Positions 10,584-20,521 of a stretch of 64,000 nucleotides of DNA are shown here, one piece after another. The notes under the pieces are model-generated. The model had not been told where the DNA came from and did not search any database. It worked only from the letters and a program-made list of their open reading frames with translations. Source of the stretch: Armatimonadota bacterium (lineage in GTDB: Bacteria > Armatimonadota > UBA5829 > DSUL01); contig JBDHZC010000001.1 in assembly GCA_039811685.1 (NCBI GenBank), positions 448,001-512,000 of the forward strand, written 5' to 3'. Within the stretch, counting starts at the first letter, position 1. Each line of letters starts with the position of its first letter. The position numbers and the translations under genes are program-made.

Positions 10584-12404
10584 TCAGCGCTGAATTGGAG
10601 GCTGAAAGGCTGCGATTGACGGCTGGGTGTAGCGTGGAGTCGTAATCGGTCCCTCATCGCTGACCAATGGACTGAGAATCGGGTCTGAATAGATGTCCGC
10701 CAGATCTGCCGGCTCTCGGTCAATCAGCGCCCGCCGCTGAATAAGGCGCGTGCCGTGGCTGTAGTCAACATAGGTGTCACGGTGGATATTAGTGAGCGGT
10801 TGTATCGGGACGCCATTTGGCCTGTGCCAGCCGTAGATCGCGACCTTATGGGGTTTCTGTTTCAAGATATTGCTGATGACGATATCTTTTTTTTGTCCTG
10901 CACTGAGCAGACGAGAGTCTGTACCCACAAGCTGCCCATCCACTATCCGGCTGTGCTGGACGATGGTAACAAGAGCTTCACGATCCTGTGTCAAAGGATG
11001 CGGGACGACCTTACGCACCGCATTCTGCCAGATGATATCGCTGAGGCGCGTGGTTGGCAGAATGCAGTCGAATAAATCCGCGATCTGTTGAGCCGACATA
11101 GGTGTCAGGCAGACTCTGACGAAATCGCTGTCATTCCCAACGCTGAGATAATCTGACATCGCTTCAAGAGTTACTTCATGCTCTCTGCCTCGCGCATCCC
11201 GAGCTACATAGGTCACAGGCTGAAAGTTGCGGCAGAAAGAAGGAACGTTTCCCTCGGCAATCTGAGCCAGGATAGCGCTCTCGTACTCAGCCTGAGATTT
11301 GCCCGCGAAAGACGCAAACACGGCTGAGCCGCCAGCGGCATCCGGACTTCCGCTGGGAATACACGGAGCGTCTGGCGCACCAGGTGAGACGAAGCTGCCG
11401 TAGGCCCGCGGTCCGCCAAACACACCCCACTCCGCTTCAAGACCTGTCCCTACGGTCATAGCCTGCAGAAAGCCATTCATCTCACCGACGAGCGCTGTAT
11501 GAAGTATCTTGTTGTCTGGATTGGCATGGACAAACATTTGTAGCTGTCCGTTCAGCGCCTCAGAATGTGCAAAAGGGCCTTGGGAAAGTGCTTGCAGGCG
11601 CAAGTCTGCGTCCCCTTCAAAGCGTCTAAGCATCCGCATGCTCGCGCGGTATGTCCCGCCCGTCGCCGAGACCACCTTCTTACCGTTGATCTTGATGTTG
11701 CGATCATCGTAAGCGATAACAACCAGCCTATGTCGCGCGCTTTCCTTCAACCACCTGATCAGCTTATCCCCGTGCCCCTCAGCATCGCTGTAGCTGTAGT
11801 TGGCATCCAGAAATGCTATATCGGACACCCAGTCTGGAATGTCCGTTGAGCTGTTGACGAACGCAAAGAGAAAGCTGCCACCTCCGCTGTGGCCGGTAAG
11901 AGCCACGTCAATCCGCTTGCCAGGCGTCATGTCTCGCAAAGACAGAACCAGGCTGCGCACTAAGTCCGAAGCATTTGCATGCGTTGCGCGCCACGACGGC
12001 CAGCTCAAGCCCTCAGCTTCCGCGCAGGCGAGCACGATATTGGTCTGCGGCATCCGTTTGCGAAAGACTCTCGTCTGAGCCGCTATATGCTGAATGTCGA
12101 AATGCCAGTTCTTACCCGGAGTCATCTCCGCACCCAACGACTGCTCGATGGTGTTCCCGTTCGGGGTGGCAAAGACAATGAGGAGTGTGGAACGCGTTGC
12201 ATCAATCGCCCATGGCGCCATTACCAGAGCTCGAATTCCCTCCGCAGTGCGTATTTCTCGACACTGTTCATCAAAAGGTGGAGAATACCGAAAGCCTGGC
12301 AGCAGCGCACACCGCGCAGGACACGACAACAGCGCGGCAGCACTCAAGCCTATCAGCGCAAGTGAAGTGAAGCGCCCCAATGCGAACGGCAATGTCCCGG
12401 TCAT
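10584..12404 (-). CDS. Secreted two-domain protein: alpha/beta-hydrolase-like domain plus conserved domain of unknown function
   Basis: Signal peptide; nucleophile elbow GHSGG; C-terminal GQKKD...IYGWH...IQP...H..TYVDYSHG. Confidence 0.7.
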   Translation of the reverse strand: MTGTLPFALGRFTSLALIGLSAAALLSCPARCALLPGFRYSPPFDEQCREIRTAEGIRALVMAPWAIDATRSTLLIVFATPNGNTIEQSLGAEMTPGKNWHFDIQHIAAQTRVFRKRMPQTNIVLACAEAEGLSWPSWRATHANASDLVRSLVLSLRDMTPGKRIDVALTGHSGGGSFLFAFVNSSTDIPDWVSDIAFLDANYSYSDAEGHGDKLIRWLKESARHRLVVIAYDDRNIKINGKKVVSATGGTYRASMRMLRRFEGDADLRLQALSQGPFAHSEALNGQLQMFVHANPDNKILHTALVGEMNGFLQAMTVGTGLEAEWGVFGGPRAYGSFVSPGAPDAPCIPSGSPDAAGGSAVFASFAGKSQAEYESAILAQIAEGNVPSFCRNFQPVTYVARDARGREHEVTLEAMSDYLSVGNDSDFVRVCLTPMSAQQIADLFDCILPTTRLSDIIWQNAVRKVVPHPLTQDREALVTIVQHSRIVDGQLVGTDSRLLSAGQKKDIVISNILKQKPHKVAIYGWHRPNGVPIQPLTNIHRDTYVDYSHGTRLIQRRALIDREPADLADIYSDPILSPLVSDEGPITTPRYTQPSIAAFQPPIQR

Positions 12405-12491
12405 ATCACTTTCTTTCCTCCCGCACGGTCTGTATCCTGCATAAGACCGGTAGTAGCCTCCGGCGGCCGCTTTTTGGTAATCTCTAGAGCA

Positions 12492-14378
12492 ATGGAAACC
12501 AGACCCCCTACCAACCTACAGATATTCGAGCTTCCGGCAAAGCCAATGCTGCCCTCAGATATCCTGCGCATTCTAAGAAGTGGCTCTCCGGCTTTCGACA
12601 GCTATCTCGGAACAGAGATTTATGCGAACACAGATCCTGCGTACATGGCCCAGCAGAGGAACAGACTGGCCGAAACTGTCGAGGCGCACGCTTCCCGGGT
12701 CGGCGAGCGTCCAACAGTACTGCTTCGGGCTCCCGGACGTCTGAATGCTTTCCTGGAATATCTGGATATGTGTGCCGGTGACCACATGTCCACAACGATC
12801 GATGGAGATATTCCTGTTGCGGTATCAGTCCGGGAAGACGCAGTTCTCAGCGTCGCCAACTCCAACTCCCTGTTCCCATCCGAAGAAGTCTCCTTGCTCA
12901 GTGAATTCCAACGATTCAGCTCCGCATCATGGCGCAGGTATGCTCAAGATTTAGAAGACAACTGGGACAATCGTTCCCTAGTGTACCCTCATCACGGAAG
13001 GCCACAGGGAAACTGGTTGAATTATGTCCTGAGCCCCTTTATGCGTGTTCTATGGGATTTGCGGGACGTGAATATTCGCGGAGCTGACATGACGTTCGGG
13101 CAGGCGACCGCGCCGTTTCGTGCGGGCACAAGCTCATCATCCGCGCTGGTTGTCCTTTCATTCCTTGCTCTATTCCTGGCTAATAGAGATCGCCTTCCGA
13201 GCTGGTCGATTCCCGACGTCTGCCGGATTTTGGGGGAAGCGGAATGGTATGTTGGAACACACGGTGGAGCTAACGACCAGATGACCATCCTGCGCAATCC
13301 AGTGAATAGCGTTGTTTACAACAGGCATTCTCAGCCGGGGCTGGATTCGACACCGCTGCCATTCGTGCGTGGTGTTCACGTGGTCCTGGCAAACTCCCTC
13401 TGGGAGGTGAACAAGACGCTTGGCGGAAATCAGAGCTTCAATATGCGCAAAGGCTGGATGCAGATGGGTGATGACTTGATGAAACTAATCATCCAGGCCG
13501 CTACCCAGACGATAGCGCAAGGAGGCCACCGGGAGAGTGGGTGGCTGGCAGAGTTGATGCGGGAGCGCTTTGGGCTGGAGACCGGAGAGAACGCCCAAGA
13601 GCTTGAAGAACACCCGCAGTACTGGAAGGCTCTGGAACAGAATTACCGGCTGTTTGGCAGTCTTCACGAAGACCTGCTTGGTATCCCGGACTCTGCGATT
13701 TCAGAGTTGATTATGCTCCTCCCTGTGAAAATTACGCCTGCTGACGCAGGCCGAATTTTGGGTAAAGATCCAAAGACTATTGAAAGACTGTACACCCGGC
13801 CCAGGCGCAAAATCGGTGGGTACCATATTCGTACGACGGCGCGCTTTTTCTACCGTGAGAACCAGATTGGCCGAACGCTAGAGAACATCTTCGTTGAGGC
13901 AGAAAAACGGGTAGCAAGCGGACAGCTCAGTGTGGATTCTGCAGAGTACGACCGCTACCGCCTGCGCGTCGGCGAGATGGTGGACGAACTTCAAGACGCC
14001 TTGTCCTTCGATTTTCGCGTATCGAACCCGCAGCTTGATTTGCTGCTGACTGTTGCCAGACGTGGACCTGGCTACCTGGGTGGAAAGCTGACCGGGGCAG
14101 GCAAAGGCGGATGTGTGTCTATTCTTGTGCGTGACAACTGCTCCGCAGCTATGTGCGAATATCTGGATAAGGAGTACTACAGGCGGCCTGAGCGCTTCGA
14201 AGTCTACCGTCAGGTGCTTCAGGATGAACGCAAGGTACATAAGGAGGGCTCAGTGGAGTATGAGTCCGCGCAGGAGCGTCTGGACATTCTGGAAGCGGCG
14301 CTTGCCTCTATTGAATCCCAGCGCCGTGTTATCACCTTCAGCCGCGGCGCTTGCGCTCTTGACTTCTCCCGTGCCTAG
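12492..14378 (+). CDS. Galactokinase-like GHMP-family sugar kinase with large insertion
   Basis: RAPGRLN, PFRAGTSSSSA, GxxGGANDQ and GGKLTGAGKGG GHMP motifs; start uncertain (12474/12492/12546). Confidence 0.8.
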   Translation: METRPPTNLQIFELPAKPMLPSDILRILRSGSPAFDSYLGTEIYANTDPAYMAQQRNRLAETVEAHASRVGERPTVLLRAPGRLNAFLEYLDMCAGDHMSTTIDGDIPVAVSVREDAVLSVANSNSLFPSEEVSLLSEFQRFSSASWRRYAQDLEDNWDNRSLVYPHHGRPQGNWLNYVLSPFMRVLWDLRDVNIRGADMTFGQATAPFRAGTSSSSALVVLSFLALFLANRDRLPSWSIPDVCRILGEAEWYVGTHGGANDQMTILRNPVNSVVYNRHSQPGLDSTPLPFVRGVHVVLANSLWEVNKTLGGNQSFNMRKGWMQMGDDLMKLIIQAATQTIAQGGHRESGWLAELMRERFGLETGENAQELEEHPQYWKALEQNYRLFGSLHEDLLGIPDSAISELIMLLPVKITPADAGRILGKDPKTIERLYTRPRRKIGGYHIRTTARFFYRENQIGRTLENIFVEAEKRVASGQLSVDSAEYDRYRLRVGEMVDELQDALSFDFRVSNPQLDLLLTVARRGPGYLGGKLTGAGKGGCVSILVRDNCSAAMCEYLDKEYYRRPERFEVYRQVLQDERKVHKEGSVEYESAQERLDILEAALASIESQRRVITFSRGACALDFSRA

Positions 14379-14468
14379 AACGTCGAACTTCGGCCGCGAG
14401 TCCGATCTCAAAATTAGTCACGGCAGACACTTCCGCAAAGTACACCGTTGGGAAACAACTCTGACACT

Positions 14469-15929
14469 ATGGCTAAGTCAAGCATCAAACTAAATCGCCT
14501 TCCGCACCGGATCACACCGAACCCAGGGCGCGTCATTACCCGCTTTTTTGGCGCGGATGAAGCCAGTAACCAGCGCCGAATTCAGCGTATTCTCGGTACT
14601 CCAGAATCCCGCGTGGACGATCTCCTCGAGACCCTGCGAGCGAGCTACACGGCGACCCACCCGGATATTGATGAGATCTGGCTGGAAAACTACAATCAAG
14701 TCAAGAGCTACGTGCCTTCTGGCAGCAAACCCGATGACAGACGAAAAAAGCTCATCGGCGCGTACTTCACGATGGAGTACGCCATCGAAGCCGCAGCTCT
14801 ATTCAATCCGTCTATCATTCCGGCCATCGACCAGAGCAATCTCCCTGAAGGCTCAACGCGGTTTCTTATGAGCCTGCGCGCCACGGGCGAAGGGCACCTC
14901 TCGTCCGTTGTCTTTCGGATGGGAGTGATTGACCAGGACAACAACATTATTATCGAGGAACCCAGCCTCGTCTGTCGCAGATCCCAGATTGAGCCGAACG
15001 GAGAGTTCGACACGGAGTTTTTCCGGCAGGCCCTGGTGGACCTGGACGCGCTGGGCTCACTGGAGAAAACAGTCCTGGATAGCCTGGGCCCAACCTTCAG
15101 CCTGAAAGAGCTGCACACAAAGCTGCAGAGCCTGCGCAAATCCGGCGCGTGTCTGTCAACCTGGAAGGCAGCCAGGGAAAACATGATGACCCTGGCGGCA
15201 TCCAACTACGTCATCCGCATTCCGTCAGATACGCTTGCCTCTGAGGTTGTCATTTTCCCGGTTTCTGAACGCGAAAGCCACGGCATAGAAGACCTTCGCC
15301 TTGTACGTTTTACAGATGACGATGGATCGAAGCGTATTTACGGCACTTACACTGCCTACAACGGCATGACAGGGTTTCCGTCGCTGTTTATCACGAGCAA
15401 TTTCACGGAGATTGAAAGCCACAGCATGGCTGGCGCATATTCCAGAAATAAAGGTATGGCCCTCTTTCCGCGGCGCATCAATGGAAAGTACGTCATGTCC
15501 GGGCGTCTGGACGGGGAAAACCTCTTCATTATGGACTCCGATTCGCCGCTGGTGTGGACAAATGCGCGTCCGTCTGAGGAGCCGATGTTCTGGTGGGAGT
15601 ACTCGATCATTGGCAATTGCGGGTCTCCCGTTGAAACGCCCGAAGGATGGTTGATGCTGACCCACGGAGTGGGTCCAATGCGGCAGTACAGCATCGGTGC
15701 GGCGCTCTTGGACCTGGACGACCCCGCTCGTGTCATCGCCCGCTCAGAAGAGCCGCTGATTATTCCTTCGGACGAGGACCGCCGCGGCTACGTCCCGAAT
15801 GTTGTCTACACCTGCGGCTCAATGCTGCATAACGACGTGATGATCATTCCCTACGCAGTGAGTGATTTTGCCACCACCTTCGCCTGTGTGCCGCTGGACG
15901 ACCTGATATCAGGGCTAAAGAGACTCTAG
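14469..15929 (+). CDS. GH130-family glycosidase/phosphorylase (long form)
   Basis: FNPS, GIEDLR, YGTYTAY, NKGMALFP, GYVPNVVY motifs. Confidence 0.88.
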   Translation: MAKSSIKLNRLPHRITPNPGRVITRFFGADEASNQRRIQRILGTPESRVDDLLETLRASYTATHPDIDEIWLENYNQVKSYVPSGSKPDDRRKKLIGAYFTMEYAIEAAALFNPSIIPAIDQSNLPEGSTRFLMSLRATGEGHLSSVVFRMGVIDQDNNIIIEEPSLVCRRSQIEPNGEFDTEFFRQALVDLDALGSLEKTVLDSLGPTFSLKELHTKLQSLRKSGACLSTWKAARENMMTLAASNYVIRIPSDTLASEVVIFPVSERESHGIEDLRLVRFTDDDGSKRIYGTYTAYNGMTGFPSLFITSNFTEIESHSMAGAYSRNKGMALFPRRINGKYVMSGRLDGENLFIMDSDSPLVWTNARPSEEPMFWWEYSIIGNCGSPVETPEGWLMLTHGVGPMRQYSIGAALLDLDDPARVIARSEEPLIIPSDEDRRGYVPNVVYTCGSMLHNDVMIIPYAVSDFATTFACVPLDDLISGLKRL

Positions 15930-15955
15930 CCTACACAGAAGCGCGCATTGTCTCC

Positions 15956-17242
15956 TTATGCGAGGCCGACGTACGTGCGCCAGCGACAGATCCGGTCAGT
16001 CAAATCTTTCACAATCTCCGGATATTGTCCAGCTAAGTTTATTTTTTCGCTTGGATCTTCCACTATATTGGACAGATGCACGGCGTCGGCGCTTTGACGG
16101 TCAAAGTCCAGCAGGCCGTTCAGAACAAGCTTCCACGGACCCTGCCGGGCGGCAAACTGTCCGTGATACTCCCAGAAGAGCGTATCGTGAGGCGAGGACG
16201 CATCGGAGGTAAGGACACCCATTAGGCTGCGCCCATCCACATCAGGAACAGAGCCTCCAGCCGCCTCGATACAGGTCGGAAAAACATCCATCATCGCGCA
16301 GACCTCTTCGCTCAGACGCCCCAGCGGAATGCGGGAAGGCCAGGAGAATATGGCTGGCATATGAATGCCTCCGTCGAATAGGCTGGCCTTACACCCTTTG
16401 TAGATTCCGGCGCTGCTGCCCGTAAAGGCTTCAGTGCTTCCGTCCATCCAATTGAAGAACTCGTTGCTCGGGCCGTTATCGCTCGAGAAGAAGAGCAGTG
16501 TGTTCTCCAGCTCCGCCTTTTCACGCAACGCCTCTACAACCGCGCCAACGCCGTCATCTACCGCCGAAATCATCGCTGCCATTATCCGTTCGGCCGGTGG
16601 GACGTTCTTGAAGCGATCCAGATACTTTGCGGGCGCGTGCAGCGGCCAGTGGGGCGCGTTGTAGGCCAGATACAGGAAAAACGGCGAGGTGGCCGTTCGG
16701 ACAACCTCCACTGCGCGCTCTGTGAGGATGTCCGTCATATATTCGCCGTTGCGCCACACCTCCTTGCCATTCTCGTAGAGATCGTGAATCAGGCGGTGTT
16801 CGTCCCAGTAGAACACATGGGAGAAGTAGTCCAAAGCGCCCGAGCGAAAACCGAAAACGTCGTCAAAGCCGTGAGCCTCCGGCAGACAGTCGGGTCGAGT
16901 TCCGAGATGCCACTTACCAACCAGCGCTGTCTGGTATCCCAGCCTTTTCAGAGCCGTCGCCAGGGTTGTTTGATCACCCATCAGACCTTCTACCGCGCCG
17001 CGCCGCCCACCCAGAATCTCCCGCACACCAGCCTTCTGAGGGTAGCGGCCGGTCATAAGGGAGGCCCGGCTCGGTGAGCACACAGGTGAGTTGGAGTACC
17101 AGTTCGTGAAGCGCACACCCCTGGCGGCTAAGGCGTCTATGTGCGGCGTCTGGCCGTACTCGGAGCCAGTGCAGCCCAGCTCCCCATATCCCAGATCGTC
17201 GCAGTAGATAACTATGATGTTTGGCTGACCGGAGCGTGCCAT
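15956..17242 (-). CDS. Cys-type (formylglycine) sulfatase
   Basis: PNIIVIYCDDLG, CSPSRASLMTG, GKWHLG, SSDNG; no signal peptide. Confidence 0.93.
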   Translation of the reverse strand: MARSGQPNIIVIYCDDLGYGELGCTGSEYGQTPHIDALAARGVRFTNWYSNSPVCSPSRASLMTGRYPQKAGVREILGGRRGAVEGLMGDQTTLATALKRLGYQTALVGKWHLGTRPDCLPEAHGFDDVFGFRSGALDYFSHVFYWDEHRLIHDLYENGKEVWRNGEYMTDILTERAVEVVRTATSPFFLYLAYNAPHWPLHAPAKYLDRFKNVPPAERIMAAMISAVDDGVGAVVEALREKAELENTLLFFSSDNGPSNEFFNWMDGSTEAFTGSSAGIYKGCKASLFDGGIHMPAIFSWPSRIPLGRLSEEVCAMMDVFPTCIEAAGGSVPDVDGRSLMGVLTSDASSPHDTLFWEYHGQFAARQGPWKLVLNGLLDFDRQSADAVHLSNIVEDPSEKINLAGQYPEIVKDLTDRICRWRTYVGLA

Positions 17243-17532
17243 CTGTGAGTCATTGTCCTTTCGAGGCGTATCAAGCGCAGTGCGCTCAAGTATAACACGA
17301 ACGCAGAGCGGGCGGGCTCAGAGGCCATTGCGTGAATAGGCAGCGCGAGGGAGAGGGGATCGTCAGATGGACCGGCAAACGCAAGAGGAAGAGTTCACAA
17401 CGCGCCCGCCTGCTTTCAGAAAGATGGAAGGAAACGGGGGCGGTATTCTCCAGCACATGTGCCTGAGCAAACACTGGCGCGCTTGCTCAGGCATGCGCAA
17501 AACAGGTAGGCTTACCAGATGGCTAATCTGGT

Positions 17533-17748
17533 TCAGGAAGCCGATCCGGCGGAGTAGGTCCTCCGCGCCCTGGTTCCGAGGAGCGTTGGATAGTCCGCCT
17601 CCCCGAGAGCCCAGCTGATTCGCTGTGTATGCTCGTTGACTTCGCACACCAGCGCGCACGTTTCCTGGGCGAGATGTCTGGAACTTCTGCTTGTGTTGAG
17701 GATGGCCTCAACAAAGCGCTCGTATTCAATGTCGGCGATGTTCTGCAC
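17533..17748 (-). CDS. Small hypothetical protein (71 aa)
   Basis: Minus-strand TATAAT at 17774-17779, then AAGGAGG 8 nt before GTG 17748; helical-looking MQNIADIEYERFVEAILN. Confidence 0.55.
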   Translation of the reverse strand: MQNIADIEYERFVEAILNTSRSSRHLAQETCALVCEVNEHTQRISWALGEADYPTLLGTRARRTYSAGSAS

Positions 17749-17977
17749 GGCATTACCCTCCTTGGCAGTCGCTATTATACCCTAATCTCGCGAAACTCGC
17801 AGCAATTGATACAAAATGTCGTTTACCCTCGCTGCCACGGGACAGGGCGCCAAAAGCACGCTTCTCACAGCCTCCGCCACAGGGACGCCGCACAACTGGG
17901 GAGGATTTCGCCACTGCGTTGCCAATGAGTATCTGCGTACCCACTCAGAAGAAAGCCAGGAAGCTCAGTTGGCCACC

Positions 17978-18008
17978 AAACAGAACCAAACCGCCGGCAA
18001 TGGCGGCA
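17978..18008 (-). terminator. Probable intrinsic terminator of the GNAT gene
   Basis: Minus-strand GCCGCC-loop-GGCGGT hairpin followed by TTGGTTCTGTTT. Confidence 0.5.
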
Positions 18009-18052
18009 TCAACAGCGGATTTCAGCAGACCCTCTGGGCCGCCAGATATTCA

Positions 18053-18967
18053 TCACGCTGCGGCATCCAGAGCTTTGTCGAACTGCCAGAAGACACGGGA
18101 GACTTTGGCCCCGGCGACTTTGGAGTAGAAGTAGAGCGGGCCGACACAGTTGATGTGGCAGATCTGGTAGCCCTGTTCCTGCATCGCTTGAAGAGCTTTT
18201 AGAAATACAAGGGACCCAAGGCCGCTGCCACGGGCTTTCTGAGCGGCAGCCATCGGGCCGAACCAGCCTGGGCGAACACCGTCGTAACACGAGAAGGCGA
18301 TGACACTGTCATTCTGCACAGCGACAAACACTCCCGGTGGCGTATGCTCATAAGCCATACGAACCTGATACTGCCAGGCAGCGGGTGTGGCTTCTCTCTT
18401 GAAGAAGGCCAGAAGCCTTTCGACGTCTGTGGCCTCGAGGCGCTTGCAGGTGACCCCCTGGCGCGCCAGATGAGCCTCCATCTGGGAAGTCGACCAGTCT
18501 GAACCAGCAAGCGGGACATCCATGTTGAACACCTCGCCACGCCGGTTGTATCCGCGCCGTAACAGGAAGGCAGCCGCTCGCGTGTAAGACGGATCAACAC
18601 CAGGCGTGACGTAGTCAGGTCTCGTGAATCCGACAGTCATTGTCTTAGCGCCCTGGCGGCGCGCGTTCTCTTCGACAGTTGTCAGCATCGCGCTCGCGAT
18701 TCCCTGATTGCGGAACTCGGGCTTGACAAAGAAGACCTTGATTCCCGCCACAGGGGCCTCCGAACCAGACCTGATTACACTCATCACAAAGCCGACAGGC
18801 GTTCCCTCCCACAGGGCCACCAGAGATGTGGCCGGGTTGAAGTCCGGGTCCCCGAGGGTCTTCTCACGCAGCCATTCCAGAGGCAATGGATCGAGCTCCA
18901 GACACTGGTTGTACAGGACATGGACTTCGGGCAGCAGGTCTTGGTTTAGAGGAACGTAGTTAATCAT
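18053..18967 (-). CDS. Tandem-domain GNAT N-acetyltransferase
   Basis: Two acetyl-CoA-binding motifs (VKPEFRNQGIAS; ARGSGLG); start ATG 18967 preferred. Confidence 0.88.
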   Translation of the reverse strand: MINYVPLNQDLLPEVHVLYNQCLELDPLPLEWLREKTLGDPDFNPATSLVALWEGTPVGFVMSVIRSGSEAPVAGIKVFFVKPEFRNQGIASAMLTTVEENARRQGAKTMTVGFTRPDYVTPGVDPSYTRAAAFLLRRGYNRRGEVFNMDVPLAGSDWSTSQMEAHLARQGVTCKRLEATDVERLLAFFKREATPAAWQYQVRMAYEHTPPGVFVAVQNDSVIAFSCYDGVRPGWFGPMAAAQKARGSGLGSLVFLKALQAMQEQGYQICHINCVGPLYFYSKVAGAKVSRVFWQFDKALDAAA

Positions 18968-19051
18968 CTTTGCAGCTACCAGTGTTTTAGCTTCATCGCT
19001 CGAGCCACACTCATTCCAGCACCAACGAGGCATTGGCCAGCGGCAGACAGC

Positions 19052-19226
19052 GGGAATGGCTCCGTATGCCGAACGGTGCGAACGCCAGGTTTCCGGCAGG
19101 TACGACAGGCCCCGGTTTCAAGGCTGACTCGTAATTCGCATGCGCCCACAGCACAGACTCCGCGAATGAGGATTCTGGCGTCGCCCTGCTATCTCTTATT
19201 ATCGGTCAAACACACGCAGTTTTCCT
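19052..19226 (-). ncRNA. ssrS: Putative 6S-like RNA (~175 nt)
   Basis: Minus-strand TAGAAT at 19233-19238 just upstream; 5' CUGCGUGUGUUUGACCG pairs with 3' CGUUCGGCAUACGGAG; A-rich bubble AUAAUAAGAGAUA; inner stem GCAGGGCGAC/GUCGUACCUGC. Confidence 0.5.
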
Positions 19227-19375
19227 GACGCAATTCTAATAGATCACTCGGCCGAACGAATATGCGTGGATTATCTGCGCTCAATACAGGGCCAAGGCAC
19301 GCACCAAACACTTTTCGGGGCGTATCAGGAACACCTGCGGCAATTCTGGCGATATATGCATGCAGAACTTACACT

Positions 19376-20518
19376 ATGACAATCCCTGAAGAAAAAACAC
19401 CGATACCCTCCGACGGCTCGCGCTCTGCCCTTGCCGGAGCGCTTCTCGTAGTTCTGGCCGTGATTGGGACTACCGTACTGCGCGCGGGGGCTCCAGATGC
19501 GAGAGCGACCGCGACAAGAGCCCACACCCGTACCTTCAGCGCGACTCAACCGAGCACCAGCTACCCCTTTGGATCTCAGGTGTTTTCCGACTGGGTACAG
19601 CAGTCCTACGATGAAAATGGAGGAGGAAATCGTGAGGCCTTCTTCTCCTGGTTTGATAAGGCCTGGGGAAAGGCGAATGTGCATCTTGGTAAAAACGTGT
19701 CCGGAACGCCTCTCGGCCAGCTCAAAGCAGCCGGCGATGCGTTGAAGGCAATACCGTCGGTTCGTCGCACGCAAAGTGAGCTAGCGCTCTGTCGAGCCGT
19801 GCACCGCGCCGTCAAAACTACCATTCCGCTGTTCAGTCTGGAAAGAGGATTTGAGTTCTCAAACGTCCCGACAGAGTATCAGCGGCAATGTTTTCTACAG
19901 TCTGTGCTCATCTCAGGCATGCTGCAAAGGGCGGGGCTTGACGCAGGCGTTGTCATGGTCTGGAAAAACCCGGAAGGTCAGACGAGCAACAATGGGCACG
20001 CGGCCTCGCTGGTGAGACTGTCTAACGGAGGCGCGGTGATTGTGGACGCATCCGAAAAGCAGCCTTTCGCCAGACACCAGGGGCTGTATGGGCTGGCGGG
20101 ATATCCCGTCTTTGTCCGCCCGGACTACGCTCCAGGTCAGGACATTATTCGCTCCTACCAGGCTCAGCGTGACGCCCGCCGGCTACCTGTCACTGCCTTT
20201 GCAGGCATGAACAGAGACTTCATCAGTTCGCAGTTCAACTATTACAGAGGGGAGCGCGCTCCTGGCGGCATTCTCTCCTCTGCCCCGACGGCTGCCGGGC
20301 TGACAAAATCTGCGCATTTTCTGCAGAAAGCCGTACGGCAGTGCCCATCGAACTCTCTTGCGGTTTATCTGCTTGGCAGAGTGTACGCCAGGCAAGGCCA
20401 CAGAGATCTGGCAGCTCACTGCTTTGACAAAGCTATGAAAAGCTATGAACGCAGCGGATGGCTTCCAGATGGTCCGCGTCAGGCCGCTCGCACCATTCTG
20501 AAGAGTGCGGGCAGCTAA
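19376..20518 (+). CDS. Membrane-anchored transglutaminase-like (Cys-His-Asp) protein with C-terminal TPR
   Basis: N-terminal TM; QCFLQS / NGHAA / IVDAS spacing fits a TGase-like triad; TPR-like YLLGRVYARQG...A..CF.KA. Confidence 0.65.
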   Translation: MTIPEEKTPIPSDGSRSALAGALLVVLAVIGTTVLRAGAPDARATATRAHTRTFSATQPSTSYPFGSQVFSDWVQQSYDENGGGNREAFFSWFDKAWGKANVHLGKNVSGTPLGQLKAAGDALKAIPSVRRTQSELALCRAVHRAVKTTIPLFSLERGFEFSNVPTEYQRQCFLQSVLISGMLQRAGLDAGVVMVWKNPEGQTSNNGHAASLVRLSNGGAVIVDASEKQPFARHQGLYGLAGYPVFVRPDYAPGQDIIRSYQAQRDARRLPVTAFAGMNRDFISSQFNYYRGERAPGGILSSAPTAAGLTKSAHFLQKAVRQCPSNSLAVYLLGRVYARQGHRDLAAHCFDKAMKSYERSGWLPDGPRQAARTILKSAGS

Positions 20519-20521
20519 GCA

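Noticed and set aside
17523..17753. Alternative ATG-start ORF MPCRTS...
   Set aside because: The RBS is too close to this ATG; spacing favours the GTG 17748 frame
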